Part shown: positions 37,360-49,130 of the stretch, in pieces | Layout of the letters: each line of letters starts with the position of its first letter | Position numbering within the stretch: position 1 is the stretch's first letter | DNA from: Eledone cirrhosa | Taxonomy: Eukaryota | Length of the DNA: 64,000 nt | NCBI GenBank assembly: GCA_964016885.1 | Contig: OZ024744.1 | Location: 1,674,001 to 1,738,000 of the forward strand | Direction of reading: 5' to 3' | The notes under the pieces: model-generated | Databases searched by the model: none | What the model was told of the DNA's origin: nothing | The model's input: the letters and a program-made list of their open reading frames with translations, nothing else | Program-made: the position numbers and the translations under genes

Positions 37360-40300
37360 TTCTTCACCAAGTCATCTTTCTCTACCTTGTCTTCCCACAA
37401 AACGTCATTCTTCACCAAGCTATCTTTCTCTACCTTGTCTTCCCCCAAACTTCGTTCTTCACCAAGCTATCTTTCTCTACCTTGTCTTCCCCCAAAACTT
37501 CGTTCTTCACCAAGCTATCTTTCTCTACCTCGTCTTCCCTCAAAACTTTGTTCTTCACCAAGCTATCTTTCTCTACCTCGTCTTCCCTCAAAACTTCGTT
37601 CTTCACCAAGCTATCTTTCTCTACCTTGTCTTCCACTAAAACTTCGTTCTTCACCAAGGTATTTTTCTCTACCTTGTCTTCCCCCAAAACTTCGTTCTTC
37701 ACCAAGCTATCTTTCTCTACCTTGTCTTCCCCCAAAACTTCGTTCTTCACCAAGCTATCTTTCTCTACCTTGTCTTCCCTCAAAACGTCGTTCTTCACCA
37801 AGCTATCTTTCTCTACCTTGTCTTCCCCCAAAACTTCGTTCTTCACCAAGCTATCTTTCTCTACCTCGTCTTCCCTCAAAACTTCGTTCTTCACCAAGCT
37901 ATCTTTCTCTACCTTGTCTTCCCACAAAACGTCATTCTTCACCAAGCTATCTTTCTCTAACTTGTCTTCCCTCAAAACGTCGTTCTTCACCAAGCTATCT
38001 TTCTCTACCTTGTCTTCCCCCAAAACTTCGTTCTTCACCAAGCTATCTTTCTCTACCTTGTCTTCCCCCAAAACTTCGTTCTTCGCAAGCTATCTTTCTC
38101 TACCTTGTCTTCCCCCAAAACTTCGTTCTTCAGCAAGCTATCTTTCTCTACCTTGTCTTCCCACAAAACGTCGTTCTTCACCAAGCTATCTTTCTCTACC
38201 TTGTCTTCCCTCAAAACGTCGTTCTTCACCAAGCTATCTTTCTCTACCTTGTCTTCCCTCAAAACATCGTTCTTCACCAAGCTATCTTTCTCTACCTTGT
38301 CTTCTCCCAAAACTTCGTTATTCACCAAGCTATCTTTCTCTACCTTGTCTTCCCTCAAAACTTCGTTCTTCACCAAGCTATCTTTCTCTACCTTGTCTTC
38401 CCCCAAAACTTCGTTCTTCACCAAGCTATCTTTCTCTACCTTGTCTTCCCCCAAAACTTCGTTCTTCACCAAGCTATCTTTCTCTAGCTTGTCTTCACAC
38501 AAAACTTCGTTCTTCACCAAGCTATCTTTCTCTACCTTGTCTTCCCACAAAACGTCATTCTTCACCAAGCTATCTTTCTCTACCTTGTCTTCCGTCGAAA
38601 CTTCGTTCTTCACCAAGATATCTTTCTCTACCTTGTTTTCTCCCAAAACTTCGTTCTTCACCAAGCTATCTTTCTCTACCTTGTCTTCCCTCAGAACATC
38701 GTTCTTCACCAAGCTATCTTTCTCTACCTTGTCTTCCTTCAAAACGTCGTTCTTCACCAAGCTATCTTTCTCTACCTTGTCTTCCCTCAAAACATCGTTC
38801 TTCACCAAGCTATCTTTCTCTACCTTGTCTTCTCACAAAACTTCGTTATTCACCAAGCTATCTTTCTCTACCTTGTCTTCCCTCAAAACTTCGTTCTTCA
38901 CCAAGCTATCTTTCTCTACCTTGTCTTCCCCCAAAACTTCGTTCTTCACCAAGCTATCTTTCTCTACCTTGTCTTCCTCCAAAACTTCGTTCTTCACCAA
39001 GCTATCTTTCTCTACCTTGTCTTCCCCCAAAACTTCTTTCTTCACCAAGTCATCTTTCTCTACCTTGTCATCCCTCAAAACTTCGTTCTTCACCAATCTA
39101 TCTTTCTCTGCCTTGTCTTCCCCCAAAACTTCGTTCTTCACCAAGCTATCTTTCTCTACCTTGTCTTCACACAAAACTTCGTTCTTCACCAAGCTATCTT
39201 TCTCTACCTTGTCTTCCCACAAAACGTCATTCTTCACCAAGCTATCTTTCTCTACCTTGTCTTCCGTCAAAACTTCGTTCTTCACCAAGATATCTTTCTC
39301 TACCTTGTCTTCTCCCAAAACTTCGTTCTTCACCAAGCTATCTTTCTCTACCTTGTCTTCCCTCAGAACTTCGTTCTTCACCAAGCTATCTTTCTCTACC
39401 TTGTCTTCCCCAAAAACTTCGTTCTTCACCAAGCTATCTTTCTCTACATTGTCTTCCCCAAAACATCGTTCTTCACCAAGCTATCTTTCTCTACCTTGTC
39501 TTTCATCAAAACGTCGTTCTTCACCAAGCTCTCTTTCTCTACCTTGTCTTCCCCCAAAACTTCGTTCTTCACCAAGCTATCTTTCTCTACCTTGTCTTCC
39601 CCCAAAACTTCGTTCTTCACCAAGCTATCTTTCTCTACCTTGTCTTCCCACAAAACGTCGTTCTTCACCAAGCTATCTTTCTCTACCTTGTCTTCCCTCA
39701 AAACGTCGTTCTTCACCAAGCTATCTTTCTCTACCTTGTCTTCCCTCAAAACATCGTTCTTCACCAAGCTATCTTTCTCTACCTTGTCTTCCCTCAAAAC
39801 TTCGTTCTTCACCAAGCTATCTTTCTCTACCTTGTCTTCCCCCAAAACTTCGTTCTTCACCAAGCTATCTTTCTCTACCTTGTCTTCTCCCAAAACTTCG
39901 TTATTCACCAAGCTATCTTTCTCTACCTTGTCTTCCCTCAAAACTTCGTTCTTCACCAAGCTATCTTTCTCTACCTTGTCTTCCCCCAAAACTTCGTTGT
40001 TCACCAAGCTATCTTTCTCTACCTCGTCTTCCCTCAAAACTTTGTTCTTCACCAAGCTATCTTTCTCTACCTCGTCTTCCCTCAAAACTTCGTTCTTCAC
40101 CAAGCTATCTTTCTCTACCTTGTCTTCCCCCAAAACTTCGTTCTTCACCAAGCTATCTTTCTCTACCTCGTCTTCCCTCAAAACTTCGTTCTTCACCAAG
40201 CTATCTTTCTCTACCTTGTCTTCCCACAAAACGTCATTCTTCACCAAGCTATCTTTCTCTAACTTGTCTTCCCTCAAAACGTCGTTCTTCACCAAGCTAT

Positions 40301-43300
40301 CTTTCTCTACCTTGTCTTCCCCCAAAACGTCGTTCTTCACCAAGCTATCTTTCTCTACCTTGTCTTCCCCCAAAACTTCGTTCTTCGCAAGCTATGTTTC
40401 TCTACCTTGTCTTCCCCCAAAACTTCGTTCTTCAGCAAGCTATCTTTCTCTACCTTGTCTTCCCTCAAAACGTCGTTCTTCACCAAGCTATCTTTCTCTA
40501 CCTTGTCTTCCCTCAAAACATCGTTCTTTTACCAAGCTATCTTTCTCTACCTTGTCTTCTCCCAAAACTTCGTTATTCACCAAGCTATCTTTCTCTACCT
40601 TGTCTTCCCTCAAAACTTCGTTCTTCACCAAGCTATCTTTCTCTACCTTGTCTTCCCCCAAAACTTCGTTCTTTACCAAGCTATCTTTCTCTACCTTGTC
40701 TTCCCCCAAAACTTCGTTCTTCACCAAGCTATCTTTCTCTACCTTGTCTTCCCCCAAAACTTCTTTCTTCACCAAGTCATCTTTCTCTACCTTGTCTTCC
40801 CACAAAACGTCATTCTTCACCAAGCTATCTTTCTCTACCTTGTCTTCCCCCAAACTTCGTTCTTCACCAAGCTATCTTTCTCTACCTTGTCTTCCCCCAA
40901 AACTTCGTTCTTCACCAAGCTATCTTTCTCTACCTCGTCTTCCCTCAAAACTTTGTTCTTCACCAAGCTATCTTTCTCTACCTCGTCTTCCCTCAAAACT
41001 TCGTTCTTCACCAAGCTATCTTTCTCTACCTTGTCTTCCACTAAAACTTCGTTCTTCACCAAGGTATTTTTCTCTACCTTGTCTTCCCCCAAAACTTCGT
41101 TCTTCACCAAGCTATCTTTCTCTACCTTGTCTTCCCCCAAAACTTCGTTCTTCACCAAGCTATCTTTCTCTACCTTGTCTTCCCTCAAAACGTCGTTCTT
41201 CACCAAGCTATCTTTCTCTACCTTGTCTTCCCCCAAAACTTCGTTCTTCACCAAGCTATCTTTCTCTACCTCGTCTTCCCTCAAAACTTCGTTCTTCACC
41301 AAGCTATCTTTCTCTACCTTGTCTTCCCACAAAACGTCATTCTTCACCAAGCTATCTTTCTCTAACTTGTCTTCCCTCAAAACGTCGTTCTTCACCAAGC
41401 TATCTTTCTCTACCTTGTCTTCCCCCAAAACTTCGTTCTTCACCAAGCTATCTTTCTCTACCTTGTCTTCCCCCAAAACTTCGTTCTTCGCAAGCTATCT
41501 TTCTCTACCTTGTCTTCCCCCAAAACTTCGTTCTTCAGCAAGCTATCTTTCTCTACCTTGTCTTCCCACAAAACGTCGTTCTTCACCAAGCTATCTTTCT
41601 CTACCTTGTCTTCCCTCAAAACGTCGTTCTTCACCAAGCTATCTTTCTCTACCTTGTCTTCCCTCAAAACATCGTTCTTCACCAAGCTATCTTTCTCTAC
41701 CTTGTCTTCTCCCAAAACTTCGTTATTCACCAAGCTATCTTTCTCTACCTTGTCTTCCCTCAAAACTTCGTTCTTCACCAAGCTATCTTTCTCTACCTTG
41801 TCTTCCCCCAAAACTTCGTTCTTCACCAAGCTATCTTTCTCTACCTTGTCTTCCCCCAAAACTTCGTTCTTCACCAAGCTATCTTTCTCTAGCTTGTCTT
41901 CACACAAAACTTCGTTCTTCACCAAGCTATCTTTCTCTACCTTGTCTTCCCACAAAACGTCATTCTTCACCAAGCTATCTTTCTCTACCTTGTCTTCCGT
42001 CGAAACTTCGTTCTTCACCAAGATATCTTTCTCTACCTTGTTTTCTCCCAAAACTTCGTTCTTCACCAAGCTATCTTTCTCTACCTTGTCTTCCCTCAGA
42101 ACATCGTTCTTCACCAAGCTATCTTTCTCTACCTTGTCTTCCTTCAAAACGTCGTTCTTCACCAAGCTATCTTTCTCTACCTTGTCTTCCCTCAAAACAT
42201 CGTTCTTCACCAAGCTATCTTTCTCTACCTTGTCTTCTCACAAAACTTCGTTATTCACCAAGCTATCTTTCTCTACCTTGTCTTCCCTCAAAACTTCGTT
42301 CTTCACCAAGCTATCTTTCTCTACCTTGTCTTCCCCCAAAACTTCGTTCTTCACCAAGCTATCTTTCTCTACCTTGTCTTCCTCCAAAACTTCGTTCTTC
42401 ACCAAGCTATCTTTCTCTACCTTGTCTTCCCCCAAAACTTCTTTCTTCACCAAGTCATCTTTCTCTACCTTGTCATCCCTCAAAACTTCGTTCTTCACCA
42501 ATCTATCTTTCTCTGCCTTGTCTTCCCCCAAAACTTCGTTCTTCACCAAGCTATCTTTCTCTACCTTGTCTTCACACAAAACTTCGTTCTTCACCAAGCT
42601 ATCTTTCTCTACCTTGTCTTCCCACAAAACGTCATTCTTCACCAAGCTATCTTTCTCTACCTTGTCTTCCGTCAAAACTTCGTTCTTCACCAAGATATCT
42701 TTCTCTACCTTGTCTTCTCCCAAAACTTCGTTCTTCACCAAGCTATCTTTCTCTACCTTGTCTTCCCTCAGAACTTCGTTCTTCACCAAGCTATCTTTCT
42801 CTACCTTGTCTTCCCCAAAAACTTCGTTCTTCACCAAGCTATCTTTCTCTACATTGTCTTCCCCAAAACATCGTTCTTCACCAAGCTATCTTTCTCTACC
42901 TTGTCTTTCATCAAAACGTCGTTCTTCACCAAGCTCTCTTTCTCTACCTTGTCTTCCCCCAAAACTTCGTTCTTCACCAAGCTATCTTTCTCTACCTTGT
43001 CTTCCCCCAAAACTTCGTTCTTCACCAAGCTATCTTTCTCTACCTTGTCTTCCCACAAAACGTCGTTCTTCACCAAGCTATCTTTCTCTACCTTGTCTTC
43101 CCTCAAAACGTCGTTCTTCACCAAGCTATCTTTCTCTACCTTGTCTTCCCTCAAAACATCGTTCTTCACCAAGCTATCTTTCTCTACCTTGTCTTCCCTC
43201 AAAACTTCGTTCTTCACCAAGCTATCTTTCTCTACCTTGTCTTCCCCCAAAACTTCGTTCTTCACCAAGCTATCTTTCTCTACCTTGTCTTCTCCCAAAA

Positions 43301-44201
43301 CTTCGTTATTCACCAAGCTATCTTTCTCTACCTTGTCTTCCCTCAAAACTTCGTTCTTCACCAAGCTATCTTTCTCTACCTTGTCTTCCCCCAAAACTTC
43401 GTTGTTCACCAAGCTATCTTTCTCTACCTCGTCTTCCCTCAAAACTTTGTTCTTCACCAAGCTATCTTTCTCTACCTCGTCTTCCCTCAAAACTTCGTTC
43501 TTCACCAAGCTATCTTTCTCTACCTTGTCTTCCCCCAAAACTTCGTTCTTCACCAAGCTATCTTTCTCTACCTCGTCTTCCCTCAAAACTTCGTTCTTCA
43601 CCAAGCTATCTTTCTCTACCTTGTCTTCCCACAAAACGTCATTCTTCACCAAGCTATCTTTCTCTAACTTGTCTTCCCTCAAAACGTCGTTCTTCACCAA
43701 GCTATCTTTCTCTACCTTGTCTTCCCCCAAAACGTCGTTCTTCACCAAGCTATCTTTCTCTACCTTGTCTTCCCCCAAAACTTCGTTCTTCGCAAGCTAT
43801 GTTTCTCTACCTTGTCTTCCCCCAAAACTTCGTTCTTCAGCAAGCTATCTTTCTCTACCTTGTCTTCCCTCAAAACGTCGTTCTTCACCAAGCTATCTTT
43901 CTCTACCTTGTCTTCCCTCAAAACATCGTTCTTTTACCAAGCTATCTTTCTCTACCTTGTCTTCTCCCAAAACTTCGTTATTCACCAAGCTATCTTTCTC
44001 TACCTTGTCTTCCCTCAAAACTTCGTTCTTCACCAAGCTATCTTTCTCTACCTTGTCTTCCCCCAAAACTTCGTTCTTTACCAAGCTATCTTTCTCTACC
44101 TTGTCTTCCCCCAAAACTTCGTTCTTCACCAAGCTATCTTTCTCTACCTTGTCTTCCCCCAAAACTTCTTTCTTCACCAAGTCATCTTTCTCTACCTTGT
44201 C
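37360..44201. repeat. Very recent tandem duplication, 2 x 3405 bp (71 monomers minus 3 bp)
   Basis: Private variants recur at +3405: ccactaaa..aaggtattttt (~37633/41038), ttccttc (~38735/42140), ttctcac (38831/42236), ttgttcacc (~39996/43401), gctatgttt (~40391/43796), cttttacc (40526/43931). ORF pairs 37430/40835, 38053/41458, 38833/42238 and 39444/42849 are identical. Confidence 0.95.
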
Positions 44202-47200
44202 ATCCCTCAAAACTTCGTTCTTCACCAATCTATCTTTCTCTGCCTTGTCTTCCCCCAAAACTTCGTTCTTCACCAAGCTATCTTTCTCTACCTTGTCTTC
44301 ACACAAAACTTCGTTCTTCACCAAGCTATCTTTCTCTACCTTGTCTTCCCACAAAACGTCATTCTTCACCAAGCTATCTTTCTCTACCTTGTCTTCCGTC
44401 AAAACTTCGTTCTTCACCAAGATATCTTTCTCTACCTTGTCTTCTCCCAAAACTTCGTTCTTCACCAAGCTATCTTTCTCTACCTTGTCTTCCCTCAGAA
44501 CTTCGTTCTTCACCAAGCTATCTTTCTCTACCTTGTCTTCCCCAAAAACTTCGTTCTTCACCAAGCTATCTTTCTCTACATTGTCTTCCCCAAAACATCG
44601 TTCTTCACCAAGCTATCTTTCTCTACCTTGTCTTTCATCAAAACGTCGTTCTTCACCAAGCTCTCTTTCTCTACCTTGTCTTCCCCCAAAACTTCGTTCT
44701 TCACCAAGCTATCTTTCTCTACCTTGTCTTCCCCCAAAACTTCGTTCTTCACCAAGCTATCTTTCTCTACCTTGTCTTCCCACAAAACGTCGTTCTTCAC
44801 CAAGCTATCTTTCTCTACCTTGTCTTCCCTCAAAACGTCGTTCTTCACCAAGCTATCTTTCTCTACCTTGTCTTCCCTCAAAACATCGTTCTTCACCAAG
44901 CTATCTTTATCTACCTTGTCTTCCCTCAAAACTTCGTTCTTCACCAAGCTATCTTTCTCTACCTTGTCTTCCCCCAAAACTTCGTTCTTCACCAAGCTAT
45001 CTTTCTCTACCTTGTCTTCTCCCAAAACTTCGTTATTCACCAAGCTATCTTTCTCTACCTTGTCTTCCCTCAAAACTTCGTTCTTCACCAAGCTATCTTT
45101 CTCTACCTTGTCTTCCCCCAAAACTTCGTTCTTCACCAAGCTATCTTTCTCTACCTCGTCTTCCCTCAAAACTTTGTTCGTCACCAAGCTATCTTTCTCT
45201 ACCTCGTCTTCCCTCAAAACTTCGTTCTTCACCAAGCTATCTTTCTCTACCTTGTCTTCCCCTAAAACTTCGTTCTTCACCAAGCTATCTTTCTCTACCT
45301 TGTCTTCCCCCAAAACTTCGTTCTTCACCAAGCTATCTTTCTCTACCTTGTCTTCCCCCAAAACTTCGTTCTTCACCAAGCTATCTTTCTCTACCTTGTC
45401 TTCCCTCAAAACGTCGTTCTTCACCAAGCTATCTTTCTCTACCTTGTCTTCCCCCAAAACTTCGTTCTTCACCAAGCTATCTTTCTCTATCTCGTCTTCC
45501 CTCAAAACTTCGTTCTTCACCAAGCTATCTTTCTCTACCTTGTCTTCCCTCAAAACATCGTTCTTCACCAAGCTATCTTTCTCTACCTTGTCTTCTCCCA
45601 AAACTTCGTTATTCACCTTGCTATCTTTCTCTACCTTGTCTTCCCTCAAAACTTCGTTCTTCACCAAGCTATCTTTCACTACCTTGTCTTCCCCCAAAAC
45701 TTCGTTCTTCACCAAGCTATCTTTCTCTACCTTGTCTTCCCCCAAAACTTCGTTCTTCACCAAGCTATCTTTCTCTACCTTGTCTTCCCTCAAAACTTCG
45801 TTCTTCACCAAGCTATCTTTCTCTACCTTGTCTTCACACAAAACTTCGTTCTTCACCAAGCTATCTTTCTCTACCTTGTCTTCCCACAAAACGTCATTCT
45901 TCACCAAGCTATCTTTCTCTACCTTGTCTTCCGTCAAAACTTCGTTCTTCACCAAGATATCTTTCTCTACCTTGTCTTCTCCCAAAACTTCGTTCTTCAC
46001 CAAGCTATCTTTCTCTACCTTGTCTTCCCTCAGAACTTCGTTCTTCACCAAGCTATCTTTCTCTACCTTGTCTTCCCCAAAAACTTCGTTCTTCACCAAG
46101 CTATCTTTCTCTACATTGTCTTCCCCAAAACATCGTTCTTCACCAAGCTATCTTTCTCTACCTTGTCTTTCATCAAAACGTCGTTCTTCACCAAGCTCTC
46201 TTTCTCTACCTTGTCTTCCCCCAAAACTTCGTTCTTCACCAAGCTATCTTTCTCTACCTTGTCTTCTCCCAAAACTTCGTTATTCACCAAGCTATCTTTC
46301 TCTACCTTGTCTTCCCTCAAAACTTCGTTCTTCACCAAGCTATCTTTCTCTACCTTGTCTTCCCCCAAAACTTCGTTCTTCACCAAGCTATCTTTCTCTA
46401 CCTCGTCTTCCCTCAAAACTTTGTTCTTCACCAAGCTATCTTTCTCTACCTCGTCTTCCCTCAAAACTTCGTTCTTCACCAAGCTATCTTTCTCTACCTT
46501 GTCTTCCCCTAAAACTTCGTTCTTCACCAAGCTATCTTTCTCTACCTTGTCTTCCCCCAAAACTTCGTTCTTCACCAAGCTATCTTTCTCTACCTTGTCT
46601 TCCCCCAAAACTTCGTTCTTCACCAAGCTATCTTTCTCTACCTTGTCTTCCCTCAAAACGTCGTTCTTCACCAAGCTATCTTTCTCTACCTTGTCTTCCC
46701 CCAAAACTTCGTTCTTCACCAAGCTATCTTTCTCTATCTCGTCTTCCCTCAAAACTTCGTTCTTCACCAAGCTATCTTTCTCTACCTTGTCTTCCCTCAA
46801 AACATCGTTCTTCACCAAGCTATCTTTCTCTACCTTGTCTTCCCCCAAAACTTCGTTCTTCACCAAGCTATCTTTCTCTACCTTGTCTTCCCTCAAAACT
46901 TCGTTCTTCACCAAGCTATCTTTCTCTACCTTGTCTTCCCCCAAAACTTCGTTCTTCACCAAGCTATCTTTCTCTACCTTGTCTTCTCCCAAAACTTCGT
47001 TATTCACCAAGCCATCTTTCTCTACCTTGTCTTCCCTCAAAACTTCGTTCTTCACCAAGCTATCTTTCTCTACCTTGTCTTCCCCCAAAACTTCGTTCTT
47101 CACCAAGTCATCTTTCTCTACCTTGTCATCCCTCAAAACTTTGTTCTTCACCAATCTATCTTTCTCTACCTTGTCTTCCCCCAAAACTTCGTTCTTCACC

Positions 47201-47879
47201 AAGCTATCTTTCTCTAGCTTGTCTTCACACAAAACTTCGTTCTTCACCAAGCTATCTTTCTCTACCTTGTCTTCCCACAAAACTTCGTTCTTCACCAAGC
47301 TATCTTTCTCTACCTTGTCTTCCCTCAGAACTTCGTTCTTCACCAAGCTATCTTTCTCTACGTTGTCTTCCCCCAAAACTTCGTTCTTCACCAAGCTATC
47401 TTTCTCTACATTGTCTTCCCCAAAACTTCGTTCTTCACCAAGCTATCTTTCACGACCTTGTCTTCCCTCAAAACGTCGTTCTTCACCAAGCTATCTTTCT
47501 CTACCTTGTCTTCCCCCAAACTTCGTTCTTCACCAAGCTATCTTTCTCTACCTTGTCTTCCCCCAAAACTTCGTTCTTCACCAAGCTATATTTCTCTACC
47601 TTGTCTTCCCCCAAAACTTCGTTCTTCACCAAGCTATCTTTCTCTACCTTGTCTTCCCCCAAAACTTCGTTCTTCACCAAGCTATCTTTCTCTACCTTGT
47701 CTTCCCTCAAAACGTCGTTCTTCACCAAGCTATCTTTCTCTACCTTGTCTTCCCCCAAAACTTCGTTCTTCACCAAGCTATCTTTCTCTACCTTGTCTTC
47801 CCCCAAAACTTCGTTCTTCACCAAGCTATATTTCTCTACCTCGTCTTCCCTCAAAACTTCGTTCTTCACCAAGCTATCT

Positions 47880-49130
47880 TTCTCTACCTTGTCTTCCCCT
47901 AAAACTTCGTTCTTCACCAAGCTATCTTTCTCTACCTTGTCTTCCCCCAAAACTTCGTTCTTCACCAAGCTATCTTTCTCTACCTTGTCTTCCCCCAAAA
48001 CTTCGTTCTTCACCAAGCTATCTTTCTCTACCTTGTCTTCCCTCAAAACGTCGTTCTTCACCAAGCTATCTTTCTCTACCTTGTCTTCCCCCAAAACTTC
48101 GTTCTTCACCAAGCTATCTTTCTCTACCTCGTCTTCCCTCAAAACTTCGTTCTTCACCAAGCTATCTTTCTCTACCTTGTCTTCCCACAAAACGTCATTC
48201 TTCAACAAGCTATCTTTCTCTAACTTGTCTTCCCTCAAAACGTCGTTCTTCACCAAGCTATCTTTCTCTACCTTGTCTTCCCCCAAAACTTCGTTCTTCA
48301 CCAAGCTATCTTTCTCTACCTTGTCTTCCCCCAAAACTTCGTTCTTCGCAAGCTATCTTTCTCTACCTTGTCTTCCCCCAAAACTTCGTTCTTCAGCAAG
48401 CTATCTTTCTCTACCTTGTCTTCCCACAAAACGTCGTTCTTCACCAAGCTATCTTTCTCTACCTTGTCTTCCCTCAAAACGTCGTGCTTCACCAAGCTAT
48501 CTTTCTCTACCTTGTCTTCCCTCAAAACATCGTTCTTCACCAAGCTATCTTTCTCTACCTTGTCTTCTCCCAAAACTTCGTTATTCACCAAGCTATCTTT
48601 CTCTACCTTGTCTTCCCTCAAAACTTCGTTCTTCACCAAGCTATCTTTCACTACCTTGTCTTCCCCCAAAACTTCGTTCTTCACCAAGCTATCTTTCTCT
48701 ACCTTGTCTTCCCCCAAAACTTCGTTCTTCACCAAGCTATCTTTCTCTACCTTGTCTTCCCTCAAAACTTTGTTCTTCACCAAGCTATCTTTCTCTACCT
48801 TGTCTTCCCCCAAAACTTCGTTCTTCACCAAGCTATCTTTCTCTACCTTGTCTTCTCCCAAAACTTCGTTATTCACCAAGCTATCTTTCTCTACCTTGTC
48901 TTCCATCAAAACTTCGTTCTTCACCAAGCTATCTTTCTCTACCTTGTCTTCCCCCAAAACTTCGTTCTTCACCAAGCTATCTTTCTCTACATTGTCTTCC
49001 CCAAAACTTCGTTCTTCACCAAGCTATCTTTCACGACCTTGTCTTCCCTCAAAACGTCGTTCTTCACCAAGCTATCTTTCTCTCCTTTGTCTTCCCCCAA
49101 AACTTCGTTCTTCACCAAGCTATCTTTCTC
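47880..49130. repeat. Block copied at +9154 bp (~57040-58290)
   Basis: ORF pairs 48316/57470 and 48987/58141 differ by 9154. Markers are ttcaacaag..ctaac (~48204/57358), gtcgtgc (48481/57636) and tctcctttg (~49083/58237). Confidence 0.85.

Noticed and set aside
13648-44201. Several HOR lengths are multiples of 3 (1533, 2637, 2781, 3117, 3357, 3405), suggesting frame-restoring selection or programmed frameshifting
   Set aside because: The shifted minus frames hit stops within one monomer, several of these units are related by descent, and other offsets (382, 767, 1294, 1438, 1535, 1966, 2635) are not multiples of 3.
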